This document shows, piece by piece, positions 7,488 through 15,839 of a stretch of DNA of 32,000 nucleotides. A model generated the notes under the pieces. The model worked only from the letters and a program-made list of their open reading frames with translations, was not told the DNA's origin and did no database searches. This DNA is from Rhodocyclales bacterium (GTDB lineage: Bacteria > Pseudomonadota > Gammaproteobacteria > Burkholderiales > Rhodocyclaceae). The DNA lies in NCBI GenBank assembly GCA_043743785.1, contig JAYTVW010000067.1:1-32000 (forward strand), read 5' to 3'. The position numbers and the translations under genes are program-made. Each line of letters begins with the position of its first letter. The stretch's first letter is position 1.

Positions 7488-9284
7488 TCAGAACTGCTCT
7501 TCCGTCAGTGCCAAGGCAGACGCGCCGCCTTCGGTCACGGTACGGGCCAGACCGGAGGCCTGGACCATGACGTGCTCGGCATAGAAGCGCGTGGTGAGGA
7601 TCTTGGCCTGGTAGAAGGCCGCGTCGCCGCCACCGGCCGCCAGCAGACGCTGGGCGGCGAGGGAGGCGCGGGCCATCTGCCAGCCACCCGCCACGATACC
7701 CAAGAGCTTCAGGAAAGGCACGGCCCCCGTGGCCACTTCCCCACCCTTCGTGCCGAAATTGGCCACGATGTAATCCACACAGGCATCCACCGCCGCCACA
7801 CCCTCAGCCAGCGCCTTGCGGATGACGGCGAAGTCGCCGCCGGCCTGGGCGGCCAGCTCCGCATCCAGCGCCTGCATGCTGGCAACAACAGCCTTGGCGG
7901 TGACGCCACCTTCCCGGGCGGTCTTGCGACCGATCAAGTCCAGGGCCTGGATGCCGGTGGTGCCTTCGTAGATGTTGGTAATGCGGGCATCGCGGAAGTG
8001 CTGGGCGGCACCGGTTTCTTCGATGAAGCCCATGCCGCCATGCACCTGCACGCCCAACGACGTCACGTCATTGGAGGTTTCCGTGAGCCAACCCTTGCAC
8101 ACCGGGATCATCAGGTCGGCGAAAGCCTGGTTGCGCTTCTTCTCCGCTTCATCCGGGTTGTTCCTGGCATTGTCCATGGCAGCCGCCACCACGTAAGCCA
8201 GGGCGCGCATGGCTTCGGTCTGGGACTTCATGAGCAGCAGCATGCGGCGCACGTCAGGATGACGGATGATGGACACGGAACCACCGCCCTTCACCGTCAT
8301 GTCCTTGCCTTGGACCCGGTCCTTGGCAAAGGCCAGGGCCTGCTGGTAGGCACGGTCCGACAGGGCCAGGCCTTCCAGGCCGACGGCGAAACGCGCCTCG
8401 TTCATCATGATGAACATGTACTCCAGGCCGCGGTTCAGTTCGCCCACCAGGGTGCCGATGGCGCCGCCGTGGTCGCCGAAGACCATCACTGCCGTGGGGC
8501 TACCGTGGATGCCCAGCTTGTGTTCGATGGAGGCACACCAGGCATCATTGCGTTCGCCCAGGCTACCGTCTGCGTTCACCAGGAACTTCGGCACAACGAA
8601 GAGGGAAATTCCCTTCACGCCGGCCGGTGCATCGGGCAGGCGCGCCAGCACCAGGTGCACCAGGTTTTCGGCCATGTCGTGCTCGCCGTAGGTGATGAAG
8701 ATTTTCTGGCCGAAAATCTTGTAGGTGCCGTCCTCCTGGGGTTCGGCGCGGGTGCGCACCGCCGCCAGGTCGGAGCCGGCATTCGGCTCCGTCAGGTTCA
8801 TGGTGCCGGTCCACTCGCCGGAAACCATCTTGTGCAGATAGGTTTCCTTCTGTTCGTGAGTGCCCCGCAGCACCAGGGATTCGATGGCGCCCTGGGTCAG
8901 CATGGGACACAGGGAGAAGGCCATGTTGGAGGACTTCCACATTTCGCGCACGGCGGTGGACACCAGCTTGGGCAGGCCCTGGCCGCCGAATTCCGGCTCA
9001 CAGGCCAGGCCATTCCAGCCGCTCTCGGCGAACTGCTTGTAGGCTTCCTTGAAACCCGGGGCGGTGGTAACCACGCCATGACTCCATTTGGCGCCTTCCT
9101 GGTCGCCCACCCAGTTGAGCGGGGCCAGCACTTCACCGGCAAACTTACCCGCTTCTTCCATGATGGCGTCGATCACGTCTTGATCGGCTTCCTCGTACCC
9201 GGGCAGGGCGGCGACCTGTTCGATGCCCGCCAGTTCCTTCATCACGAATTGCATGTCACGGATCGGGGCTACGTATTGGCTCAT
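7488..9284 (-). CDS. long-type (about 600 aa) acyl-CoA dehydrogenase
   Basis: N-terminal MSQYVAPIRDMQFVMKEL is typical of the 600-aa ACAD class. The core ACAD region includes GGMGFIEETGAAQHFRDARITNIYEGTTGIQALDL. It lies adjacent to etfBA. Confidence 0.9.
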   Translation of the reverse strand: MSQYVAPIRDMQFVMKELAGIEQVAALPGYEEADQDVIDAIMEEAGKFAGEVLAPLNWVGDQEGAKWSHGVVTTAPGFKEAYKQFAESGWNGLACEPEFGGQGLPKLVSTAVREMWKSSNMAFSLCPMLTQGAIESLVLRGTHEQKETYLHKMVSGEWTGTMNLTEPNAGSDLAAVRTRAEPQEDGTYKIFGQKIFITYGEHDMAENLVHLVLARLPDAPAGVKGISLFVVPKFLVNADGSLGERNDAWCASIEHKLGIHGSPTAVMVFGDHGGAIGTLVGELNRGLEYMFIMMNEARFAVGLEGLALSDRAYQQALAFAKDRVQGKDMTVKGGGSVSIIRHPDVRRMLLLMKSQTEAMRALAYVVAAAMDNARNNPDEAEKKRNQAFADLMIPVCKGWLTETSNDVTSLGVQVHGGMGFIEETGAAQHFRDARITNIYEGTTGIQALDLIGRKTAREGGVTAKAVVASMQALDAELAAQAGGDFAVIRKALAEGVAAVDACVDYIVANFGTKGGEVATGAVPFLKLLGIVAGGWQMARASLAAQRLLAAGGGDAAFYQAKILTTRFYAEHVMVQASGLARTVTEGGASALALTEEQF

Positions 9285-9333
9285 TTCTCACTCCCTAGTT
9301 GTGTGTTCCGCGTCGCAGCTGTCTGCGAAGCGG

Positions 9334-9999
9334 CTATTTATTCAAGAGATAACGCTTGTCGTCAAACGTGCTCACCCACTCCGGCCGATAAACCACCATC
9401 AGCGTCAGGCACATGCCGGTGATGAAGGTTTCCGAAAAAGCGAGCAACAGGAAATACGGGAAATACTGGGAAAACAGATAGTCGGCCGAATAGGGACCGG
9501 CCACCAGCAGCAACAACGTGGTACTCAGCCCGGTGGCCAGGATGGTGAAGGCCGTGCCAAAAAAGCTGACGACGAAGATATAGACGAAGAACTGCCGTGG
9601 CAGGAAGCGCTCCACAGCCTTCAGGACCAACCAGGACACGCCCACCGGCACCACCACCATCACCATGGCATTCAGTCCGTAGGTACTCCAGGCCAGGTGC
9701 GTGTTGAAACTGACGGCCGCCAGCACGGCGGACAGAGCCAGCACGGCCAGTTCCGGCCCGAACATCAGGGTGCAGGCGGACGCCCCCAGCAAGTGGAAAT
9801 TGAGTCCCGGCTGGACACCGGCACGCATGCTCCACAACACCATCAGGGACACGATGGTGCCGAGCCACAGGTGTTGCAGGCCCGGCTCCTTCACGCGTTG
9901 CCAATCCACATGGCGCAGGCACCACAGCCACGCCAGGGTGAGCGGCAGGAAAGCCCCCACGTACCAGGCGGAAGCAAGCAGGTTCTCCGGATAGTTCAT
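9334..9999 (-). CDS. polytopic inner-membrane protein (function unknown; faint CbiM/ECF-permease-like resemblance)
   Basis: About 6 hydrophobic helices and a NFHLLGASACTLMFGP motif. It sits 49 bp upstream of the ACAD gene in the same orientation, so it is probably co-transcribed. Confidence 0.65.
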   Translation of the reverse strand: MNYPENLLASAWYVGAFLPLTLAWLWCLRHVDWQRVKEPGLQHLWLGTIVSLMVLWSMRAGVQPGLNFHLLGASACTLMFGPELAVLALSAVLAAVSFNTHLAWSTYGLNAMVMVVVPVGVSWLVLKAVERFLPRQFFVYIFVVSFFGTAFTILATGLSTTLLLLVAGPYSADYLFSQYFPYFLLLAFSETFITGMCLTLMVVYRPEWVSTFDDKRYLLNK

Positions 10000-10110
10000 G
10001 TCCCGTTTCCTCGGGAAGCGAAGAAACGGACATTATGAACCGAGGAGTTCCCACTTTGCTCCCGACCTCTCGCCAGATATCTGTCTGTCGCATGGAAATC
10101 AAAATCTCAC

Positions 10111-10214
10111 CGCAAAGACGCAAAGTGCCGCGAAGTTCGTAGGGCGGGCAAAGCGTAGCGTGCCCACGTCCATGCCAAGGTCCGGCGTGGGCAGATGAAA
10201 CCTGCCCACCCTAC
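10111..10214. repeat. REP/REPIN-like extragenic palindromic doublet plus CGCAAAG-type short tandem repeat
   Basis: GTAGGGCGGGCA-N10-TGCCCACG … CGTGGGCA-N9-TGCCCACCCTAC (inverted pair, 10139-10214). It is preceded by CGCAAAGACGCAAAGTGCCGCGAAG. Confidence 0.6.
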
Positions 10215-10237
10215 AGCTTTACGGTGAGGTGTTGAAT

Positions 10238-11173
10238 TTAGAGGGCTGCGGTGAGTTCCGGCACCAGGGAGAACAGATCACCCACCAGGCCATAATCCGC
10301 CACTTGGAAGATCGGAGCTTCCGGATCCTTGTTGATGGCCACGATCACCTTCGATTCCTTCATGCCCGCCAGATGCTGAATGGCGCCGGAGATGCCGATG
10401 GCGATGTAGAGGCCGGGAGCGACGATCTTGCCAGTCTGGCCCACCTGGTAATCGTTGGGAACGAAGCCCGCATCCACGGCGGCGCGGGAAGCGCCCAGGG
10501 CGGCGTTCAGCTTGTCCGCCAGGGGTTCCAGAATAGAACGATAGTTGTCGCCGCTACCCATGCCGCGACCACCGGAGACGATGACCTTGGCCGCACCCAG
10601 TTCAGGACGGGCGGACACCGTGAGTTCCCGGCTGACCAGCTTGCTGATGGCCAGGTCGGCACCAAGCGCCAGGGCTTCCACGGGGGCGCCAGCGCCCTCG
10701 CCTGCCGCGTCAAACGCGGTGGTGCGCACGGTGATGACCTTGACGGTGTCCGCAGACTTTACCGTGGCCAGCACGTTGCCGGCGTAGATGGGGCGCACGA
10801 AGGTGTCGGCGGCGACCACTTCAACGATGTCGGAGATCTGGGCCACGTCCAGAAGTGCCGCCACCCGGGGCAGGAAGTTCTTGGCGGAGGCGGTGGCCGG
10901 TGCCAGCACGTGGCTGTAAGCGCCGGCTTGCACGGTGGCAATCACCAGGGCCGCCAGGTTTTCTGCCAGTTGATCGGCGTACTGGGGCGCATCGGCCAGC
11001 AGCACCTTGGTGACGCCCGCCACCTTGGCGGCAGCCTCGGCGGCGGCGGCAGCATTGGCGCCGGCCACCAGCACATGGAGTTCGCCCCCCAGTTTGACGG
11101 CGGCGGTGACGGCGTTGAGGGTCGCGGCCTTGAGGGACTTGTTGTCGTGTTCGGCAATGACGAGAAGAGCCAT
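10238..11173 (-). CDS. etfA: electron transfer flavoprotein subunit alpha
   Basis: [11 protein letters not shown]… and the FAD-binding signature [32 protein letters not shown]. Confidence 0.92.
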   Translation of the reverse strand: MALLVIAEHDNKSLKAATLNAVTAAVKLGGELHVLVAGANAAAAAEAAAKVAGVTKVLLADAPQYADQLAENLAALVIATVQAGAYSHVLAPATASAKNFLPRVAALLDVAQISDIVEVVAADTFVRPIYAGNVLATVKSADTVKVITVRTTAFDAAGEGAGAPVEALALGADLAISKLVSRELTVSARPELGAAKVIVSGGRGMGSGDNYRSILEPLADKLNAALGASRAAVDAGFVPNDYQVGQTGKIVAPGLYIAIGISGAIQHLAGMKESKVIVAINKDPEAPIFQVADYGLVGDLFSLVPELTAAL

Positions 11174-11174
11174 G

Positions 11175-11924
11175 TCAGATCACCTTCGCTTCGTTCTTGA
11201 GTTTGCTCACCAGGGCGGCCACGTCGGCCACCATGACCCCTGCCTTGCGCTTGGCGGGTTCCGCCACCTTCAGGGTGGTCAGGCGCGGCGCCACATCCAC
11301 GCCCAGATCCGCCGGCTTCACGTTGGCCAGGGGCTTCTTCTTGGCCTTCATGATATTGGGCAGAGTCGCGTAGCGCGGCTCGTTCAGGCGCAGATCGGCA
11401 GTTACCACTGCCGGCAGGGCCAGTTCCACGGTTTCCGTGCCGCCGTCCACTTCCCGGGCCACACACACCTTGCCGCCAGCCACCGTCACCTTGGAGGCGA
11501 AGGTGCCCTGGGGCCAGCCCAAGAGCGCCGCCAGCATCTGGCCGGTCTGGTTGGAATCGTTGTCGATGGCCTGCTTGCCGAGGATGACCAGTTGGGGGCC
11601 TTCCTTGTCCACCAGGGCCTTCAAGAGCTTGGCGACCGCCAGGGGCTGCAGCTCCACGTCGGTTTCCACCAGGATGCCTCGATCGGCGCCGATGGCCATG
11701 GCCGTGCGCAGGGTTTCCTGGCAGGCGCCGACACCGCAACTCACCGCCACCACTTCCGTGGCGATGCCCGCTTCCTTGAGGCGCACCGCCTCTTCAACGG
11801 CGATTTCGTCGAAGGGGTTCATGGACATCTTGACGTTGGCCAGATCGACCGCGCTGCCATCCGCCTTCACCCGTGCCTTGACGTTGTAGTCAATGACCCG
11901 CTTTACCGGTACCAGAATTTTCAA
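11175..11924 (-). CDS. etfB: electron transfer flavoprotein subunit beta
   Basis: [19 protein letters not shown]… is typical of EtfB. TTG start with an AAGGAGGG Shine-Dalgarno; 1-nt gap to etfA. Confidence 0.92.
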   Translation of the reverse strand: MKILVPVKRVIDYNVKARVKADGSAVDLANVKMSMNPFDEIAVEEAVRLKEAGIATEVVAVSCGVGACQETLRTAMAIGADRGILVETDVELQPLAVAKLLKALVDKEGPQLVILGKQAIDNDSNQTGQMLAALLGWPQGTFASKVTVAGGKVCVAREVDGGTETVELALPAVVTADLRLNEPRYATLPNIMKAKKKPLANVKPADLGVDVAPRLTTLKVAEPAKRKAGVMVADVAALVSKLKNEAKVI

Positions 11925-12037
11925 GCTACCCTCCTTTGTGTGGTATTTGCGGCGCCTGTCGTGCCCTCGCGCGCCCCTTATCGATTACTGCCTGGCACTT
12001 GCCGGATTCTGCGCCACTTTTGGGCGTCCAGCTTCCT

Positions 12038-12079
12038 CCATACCGTACCGTATGGAACGGAGCGTACGGTACCGTATGG
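12038..12079. promoter_or_regulatory. candidate TetR operator pair in the etfB/tetR divergent region
   Basis: CCATACCGTACCGTATGG (16/18 palindromic) and CGTACGGTACCGTATGG (contains the perfect palindrome TACGGTACCGTA) share an 11-nt direct repeat GTACCGTATGG spaced 24 bp apart. TAGAAT follows at 12080-12085. Confidence 0.45.
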
Positions 12080-12113
12080 TAGAATGCTTGTCAACACGCT
12101 CCGGAAGATTGCC

Positions 12114-12695
12114 ATGACCACCGCCACTACCGATCACCCCCCCAAGGTTCAGCTGGACCGCAGCGCCTGGGTTCGTGCCGCCATCGAAGTCCTGGCAAAG
12201 GAAGGTATTGCCGGTGTGCGGGTCGAGGTTATTGCAAAACATTGCAAGGTCACCAAGGGCAGTTTCTACTGGCATTTCAAGGATCGCCATGACCTGCTGG
12301 AGGCCATGTTGCAGTACTGGAAAGAAGGCCGCATCCGGGACATCGTCAAGCAGACCCAGGCGGAGGCCGGCAAGGAGCGGGAACGCATCTTCCATGTCAT
12401 CGATGTGTACAGCGCGGCCAGGAACCGCAAGGGCATGCACATCGAACTGGCCATCAGGGACTGGGCGCGGCGGGATCCGGCCGTGGAGGCGGTGGTGGAG
12501 GAAGTGGAGAAGATTCGCCTGGAGCGAGCCGGCAGCCTGTTCCTGGCCTGTGGCGTCCCGCCCTCCGAGGCTGCCAGCCGCAGCCTCTTGCTCTACTCCT
12601 ACGTGTTTGGCCAGAGCCTGATGACCTTCGACCGGGAAGGCCCGGAGGCGGCTGCGGTCAGGCATCACATCGCGGAAATCATTGCCAAGGCCTGA
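12114..12695 (+). CDS. TetR/AcrR family transcriptional regulator
   Basis: HTH region IAKHCKVTKGSFYWHFKDRHDLL. Only the C-terminal 194 codons of ORF 11007..12695 are used, because the upstream part is antisense to etfAB. An alternative ATG lies at 12084. Confidence 0.85.
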   Translation: MTTATTDHPPKVQLDRSAWVRAAIEVLAKEGIAGVRVEVIAKHCKVTKGSFYWHFKDRHDLLEAMLQYWKEGRIRDIVKQTQAEAGKERERIFHVIDVYSAARNRKGMHIELAIRDWARRDPAVEAVVEEVEKIRLERAGSLFLACGVPPSEAASRSLLLYSYVFGQSLMTFDREGPEAAAVRHHIAEIIAKA

Positions 12696-12741
12696 GCGCG
12701 GCAGCGTCCCCCGGGGTGCCGGGAGCCTAAAAACAGAAGGA

Positions 12742-12769
12742 TACCGTGGCAAAGTACCGTGCTCCGGTA
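12742..12769. promoter_or_regulatory. second cluster of TACCG half-sites upstream of the MaoC-PTA/ackA operon
   Basis: TACCGTggcaaagTACCGtgctcCGGTA contains TACCG-N5-CGGTA, the same pentamer as the 12038-12079 sites. TATATT lies at 12782-12787. Confidence 0.35.
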
Positions 12770-12855
12770 AAGAACATCTGATATATTGCACTGCAACACC
12801 CGACTGTCTCCGGGGACGGACAGGCTCCGACTCCCGCCAGAAAGGCCACAAAAGC

Positions 12856-14298
12856 ATGAACAGCGAGAACAGCATGTACAACCCGGTACCACTTGAATAC
12901 ATCGAAAATCGTACTTACGACGAAATTCGTGTCGGCGACTCCAGGAAGATCGCACGCATCCTGCGGGAAGAGGACATTCAGCTCTTCGCCATTCTGTCCG
13001 GCGACATGAATCCCACCCACCTGGATACGGAATTCGCCCGCCTCAGCGGCCACCAGGAAGTGGTGGGCCACGGCATGTGGAGCGGCGCCCTGATTTCCAA
13101 CATCCTGGGCAATGAATTCCCCGGCCCGGGTACGTCCTACGTGGACCAGACCCTGCACTTTCATCGCCCCGTGGTTCTGGGGGACCAGCTCACCATCACC
13201 ATCACGGCCAAGGAAAAGATCGACGCCAAGCGTCATGTGGTCTTCGACTGCCGGGGTGTGAACCAGCGCGGCGAAGCCGTGGTCACCGGTACCGCCGTGG
13301 TCTTGGCCCCTGCCGAAAAGGTCAAGCTGCCCAAGGTGTTGCTGCCGGAAGTGCACATGCACGACGCCCACTCCGGCTCCCAGCACCTGCTGGACATGTG
13401 CGCGGGCCTGGAGCCCATCACCATGGCCGTGGTCCATCCCTGCGACGCCGCCTCCCTGGCCGGCGCCGTGGGCGCAGCGGAAACCGGCCTGGTGATTCCC
13501 GTGCTCTTCGGACCGGAAGCCAAGATCCGCTCCGTGGCGAAAGAGGAAGGCCTGAACCTGAAGGACTACCGTATCGTGGATACGCCCCACAGCCACGCCT
13601 CCGCCGAACAGGCGGTGGCTCTGGTGCGCTGCGGCGGCGCCGAATCCCTCATGAAGGGCAGCCTGCACACGGATGAACTCATGGCGGAAGTGGTGGCCAG
13701 CAAGACCGGCCTCAGAACCGCGCGGCGTATCAGCCACGTCTTCCTGATGGACATTCCGGCCTACCCGAAGCCCCTGCTCATCACCGACGCCGCCATCAAT
13801 ATCGAGCCCAACCTGGAAACCAAGGTGGACATCGTGCAGAACGCCATCGACCTGGCCCTGGCGCTGAAGATCATGAAACCCAAGGTGGCCATCCTGTCCG
13901 CCGTGGAAACCGTGACGCCCAAGCTGCAATCCACCATCGACGCCGCCTCCCTGTGCAAAATGGCGGACCGGGGCCAGATCAAGGGCGGCATCCTGGACGG
14001 CCCCCTGGCCTTCGACAACGCTATTTCCGCCGTCGCCGCCAAGACCAAGGGCATCAAATCCGAAGTCTCCGGCGACGCCGACATCCTGCTGGTACCGGAC
14101 CTGGAGTCCGGCAACATCCTGGCCAAGCAGCTCGAATACCTGGCCAACGCCCACGCCGCCGGCATCGTGCTCGGCGCCCGGGTTCCCATCGTCCTGACCA
14201 GCCGCGCCGACCCCATGGAGGCGCGCATTGCCTCCTGTGCCGTGGCCCTGCTGCTGGTCCAGGTCGCCCGTGACGCCGCAATCGGAGTAAAAGCATGA
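12856..14298 (+). CDS. bifunctional MaoC-type enoyl-CoA hydratase / phosphate acyl(acetyl/butyryl)transferase
   Basis: N-terminal hot-dog hydratase motif FAILSGDMNPTHLD. The C-terminal approximately 300 aa are PTA_PTB-like (VVHPCD…LMKG…ITDAAINI…LVPDLESGNILAK…TSRAD). Start taken at ATG 12856. Confidence 0.85.
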   Translation: MNSENSMYNPVPLEYIENRTYDEIRVGDSRKIARILREEDIQLFAILSGDMNPTHLDTEFARLSGHQEVVGHGMWSGALISNILGNEFPGPGTSYVDQTLHFHRPVVLGDQLTITITAKEKIDAKRHVVFDCRGVNQRGEAVVTGTAVVLAPAEKVKLPKVLLPEVHMHDAHSGSQHLLDMCAGLEPITMAVVHPCDAASLAGAVGAAETGLVIPVLFGPEAKIRSVAKEEGLNLKDYRIVDTPHSHASAEQAVALVRCGGAESLMKGSLHTDELMAEVVASKTGLRTARRISHVFLMDIPAYPKPLLITDAAINIEPNLETKVDIVQNAIDLALALKIMKPKVAILSAVETVTPKLQSTIDAASLCKMADRGQIKGGILDGPLAFDNAISAVAAKTKGIKSEVSGDADILLVPDLESGNILAKQLEYLANAHAAGIVLGARVPIVLTSRADPMEARIASCAVALLLVQVARDAAIGVKA

Positions 14299-15512
14299 GT
14301 GCCATCGACGCCATCCTGGTCATCAATTCCGGGTCTTCCAGCATCAAGTTCGCCCTCTTCCCCCTGTCCGCCGAACGCCAAGTCCAGAAGGAACCGGCCC
14401 TGGCCGGCCAGATCGAGGGTATCGGCGCCGCTCCCCATCTGCGGGTGGGCGACGACACCGGCCGGGTGCTCACCGACTGTACCCTGCAACTCAAGGGGTC
14501 GGACCCGGACCAGCAGCACCATGAAACCTTCGCCCTGCTCCTGGACTGGCTGGAAGAGAACGCCAGCGCCTGGAACATCGCCGCCGTCGGTCACCGGGTA
14601 GTGCATGGCGGCGAATGCTTTGCCGAACCCGTGCTGCTGAACCGCATCCGGGTAGACGAACTGGTGAACCTCATTCCCCTGGCACCCCTGCACCAACCCC
14701 ACAACCTGGGGGCCATCGATGCCTTCTTCGAACTGTCACCCCACACGCCCCAGGTGGCCTGTTTCGACACCGCCTTCCACCGCACCAAGCGCAAGGAAGC
14801 CCAGACCTTCGCCCTGCCCCGGGCACTGACCGAATCCGGCATCCGCCGCTACGGCTTTCACGGCCTCTCCTACGAATACATCGCCCGCACCCTGCATCAC
14901 TGCATGGGCGAGCGGGCCGACGGCCGCATCATCGTCGCCCACCTGGGCAACGGCTCCTCCATGGCCTCCATGCATCACCTGAAGTGTGTGGAAACCAGTA
15001 TGGGCTTCACCGCCCTGGATGGCCTCATGATGGGCACCCGCACCGGCAGCCTGGATCCGGGTGTGCTGCTGCACCTCATGCAGTTTCAGGGTATGGACCT
15101 GAACCGCCTGACCAAGCTGCTCTACAAGGAATCCGGCCTCCTGGGCGTTTCCGGCATCAGCCAGGACATGCGCACCCTACTGGCAAGCGAAGCGCCGGAG
15201 GCTGCGGAGGCCGTAGATATGTTCTGCTATCGCATCCTCCGGGAACTGGGCGCCCAGGCCGCCGCCTTGAACGGGGTGGATGCCATCGTGTTCACCGGCG
15301 GCATCGGCCAGCACGCAGCACCAGTGCGGGAAAAGGTCTGCCGCGAACTGGGCTGGCTGGGGGTGGATTTCAACGCCGAAGCCAACGCCAACCTGCACAC
15401 CGCCGGTTGCATCACCAAGAAGGACAGCAAGGTGGAAGTCTGGGTGATCCCCACCAACGAGGAATGGATCATCGCCGACCACACGGTGGCCCTGCTGCAA
15501 AGCGCAAGCTGA
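14295..15512 (+). CDS. ackA: acetate/propionate-family kinase
   Basis: ILVINSGSSSIKFALF, GHRVVHGG, GFHGLSYEY, IVAHLGNGSSM and VFTGGIGQHA motifs. ATGA start/stop overlap with the upstream fusion gene. Confidence 0.88.
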   Translation: MSAIDAILVINSGSSSIKFALFPLSAERQVQKEPALAGQIEGIGAAPHLRVGDDTGRVLTDCTLQLKGSDPDQQHHETFALLLDWLEENASAWNIAAVGHRVVHGGECFAEPVLLNRIRVDELVNLIPLAPLHQPHNLGAIDAFFELSPHTPQVACFDTAFHRTKRKEAQTFALPRALTESGIRRYGFHGLSYEYIARTLHHCMGERADGRIIVAHLGNGSSMASMHHLKCVETSMGFTALDGLMMGTRTGSLDPGVLLHLMQFQGMDLNRLTKLLYKESGLLGVSGISQDMRTLLASEAPEAAEAVDMFCYRILRELGAQAAALNGVDAIVFTGGIGQHAAPVREKVCRELGWLGVDFNAEANANLHTAGCITKKDSKVEVWVIPTNEEWIIADHTVALLQSAS

Positions 15513-15544
15513 TCCGGGGATCCCCCCGAACAAGCAGTCCGGTC

Positions 15545-15596
15545 GCGAAAGGCGCCGAGAAAAGACCCCGGTCTTCTCGGCGCCTTTCGCGTTTTT
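15545..15596 (+). terminator. strong rho-independent terminator after ackA
   Basis: GCGAAAGGCGCCGAGAA…TTCTCGGCGCCTTTCGC (17-bp arms plus an inner AGACC/GGTCT pairing) followed by GTTTTT. Confidence 0.8.
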
Positions 15597-15675
15597 GCCG
15601 CCGCCGAATGCCCGCATATTTCCAAAATCTCGGCGTTTCCCTCTGTAAACAGGGCAATTTCCCGTTTCCTATGAC

Positions 15676-15691
15676 CTACGACATATAGTGG
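15676..15691. promoter_or_regulatory. weak NrdR-box candidate upstream of nrdJ
   Basis: The reverse complement CCACTATATGTCGTAG matches 11/16 positions of acaCwAtATaTwGtgt. No convincing partner box lies at the expected 31-32 bp distance. Confidence 0.2.
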
Positions 15692-15839
15692 TCACTACCC
15701 ATTGTTCCACAACGACATTTTTTAATTGCTTGATTTATATGAACAAATAAATTTACAAAACCCCTTCCATCAAGCTCCCGGGAACGCTAGACTTGCCGCG
15801 GTTTCAAAATCAAAAAAGCACCTAGCAAGGAGGAGCGTC

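Noticed and set aside
9998-10198. Small ORFs spanning repeat elements: 9998..10198, 19556..19783, 23808..24002, 28471..28674.
   Set aside because: They are translations of REP-like palindromes (…VGRAKRSVPTS…, …SSASRRLGVS…, …MMGIASLNPSY…, …SLSRRERK…). These are recurrent artefact peptides of extragenic repeats.
11007-12113. The N-terminal 369 codons of the 562-aa ORF 11007..12695.
   Set aside because: This part runs antisense through etfA and etfB and across the intergenic operator region. Only the C-terminal TetR-like part, from ATG 12114 (or 12084), is credible.
15598-15839. A cobalamin riboswitch upstream of the B12-dependent RNR.
   Set aside because: I found no B12-box-like sequence (…GCCACTG…) and no multi-stem GC-rich structure. 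The region is mostly AT-rich and unstructured.
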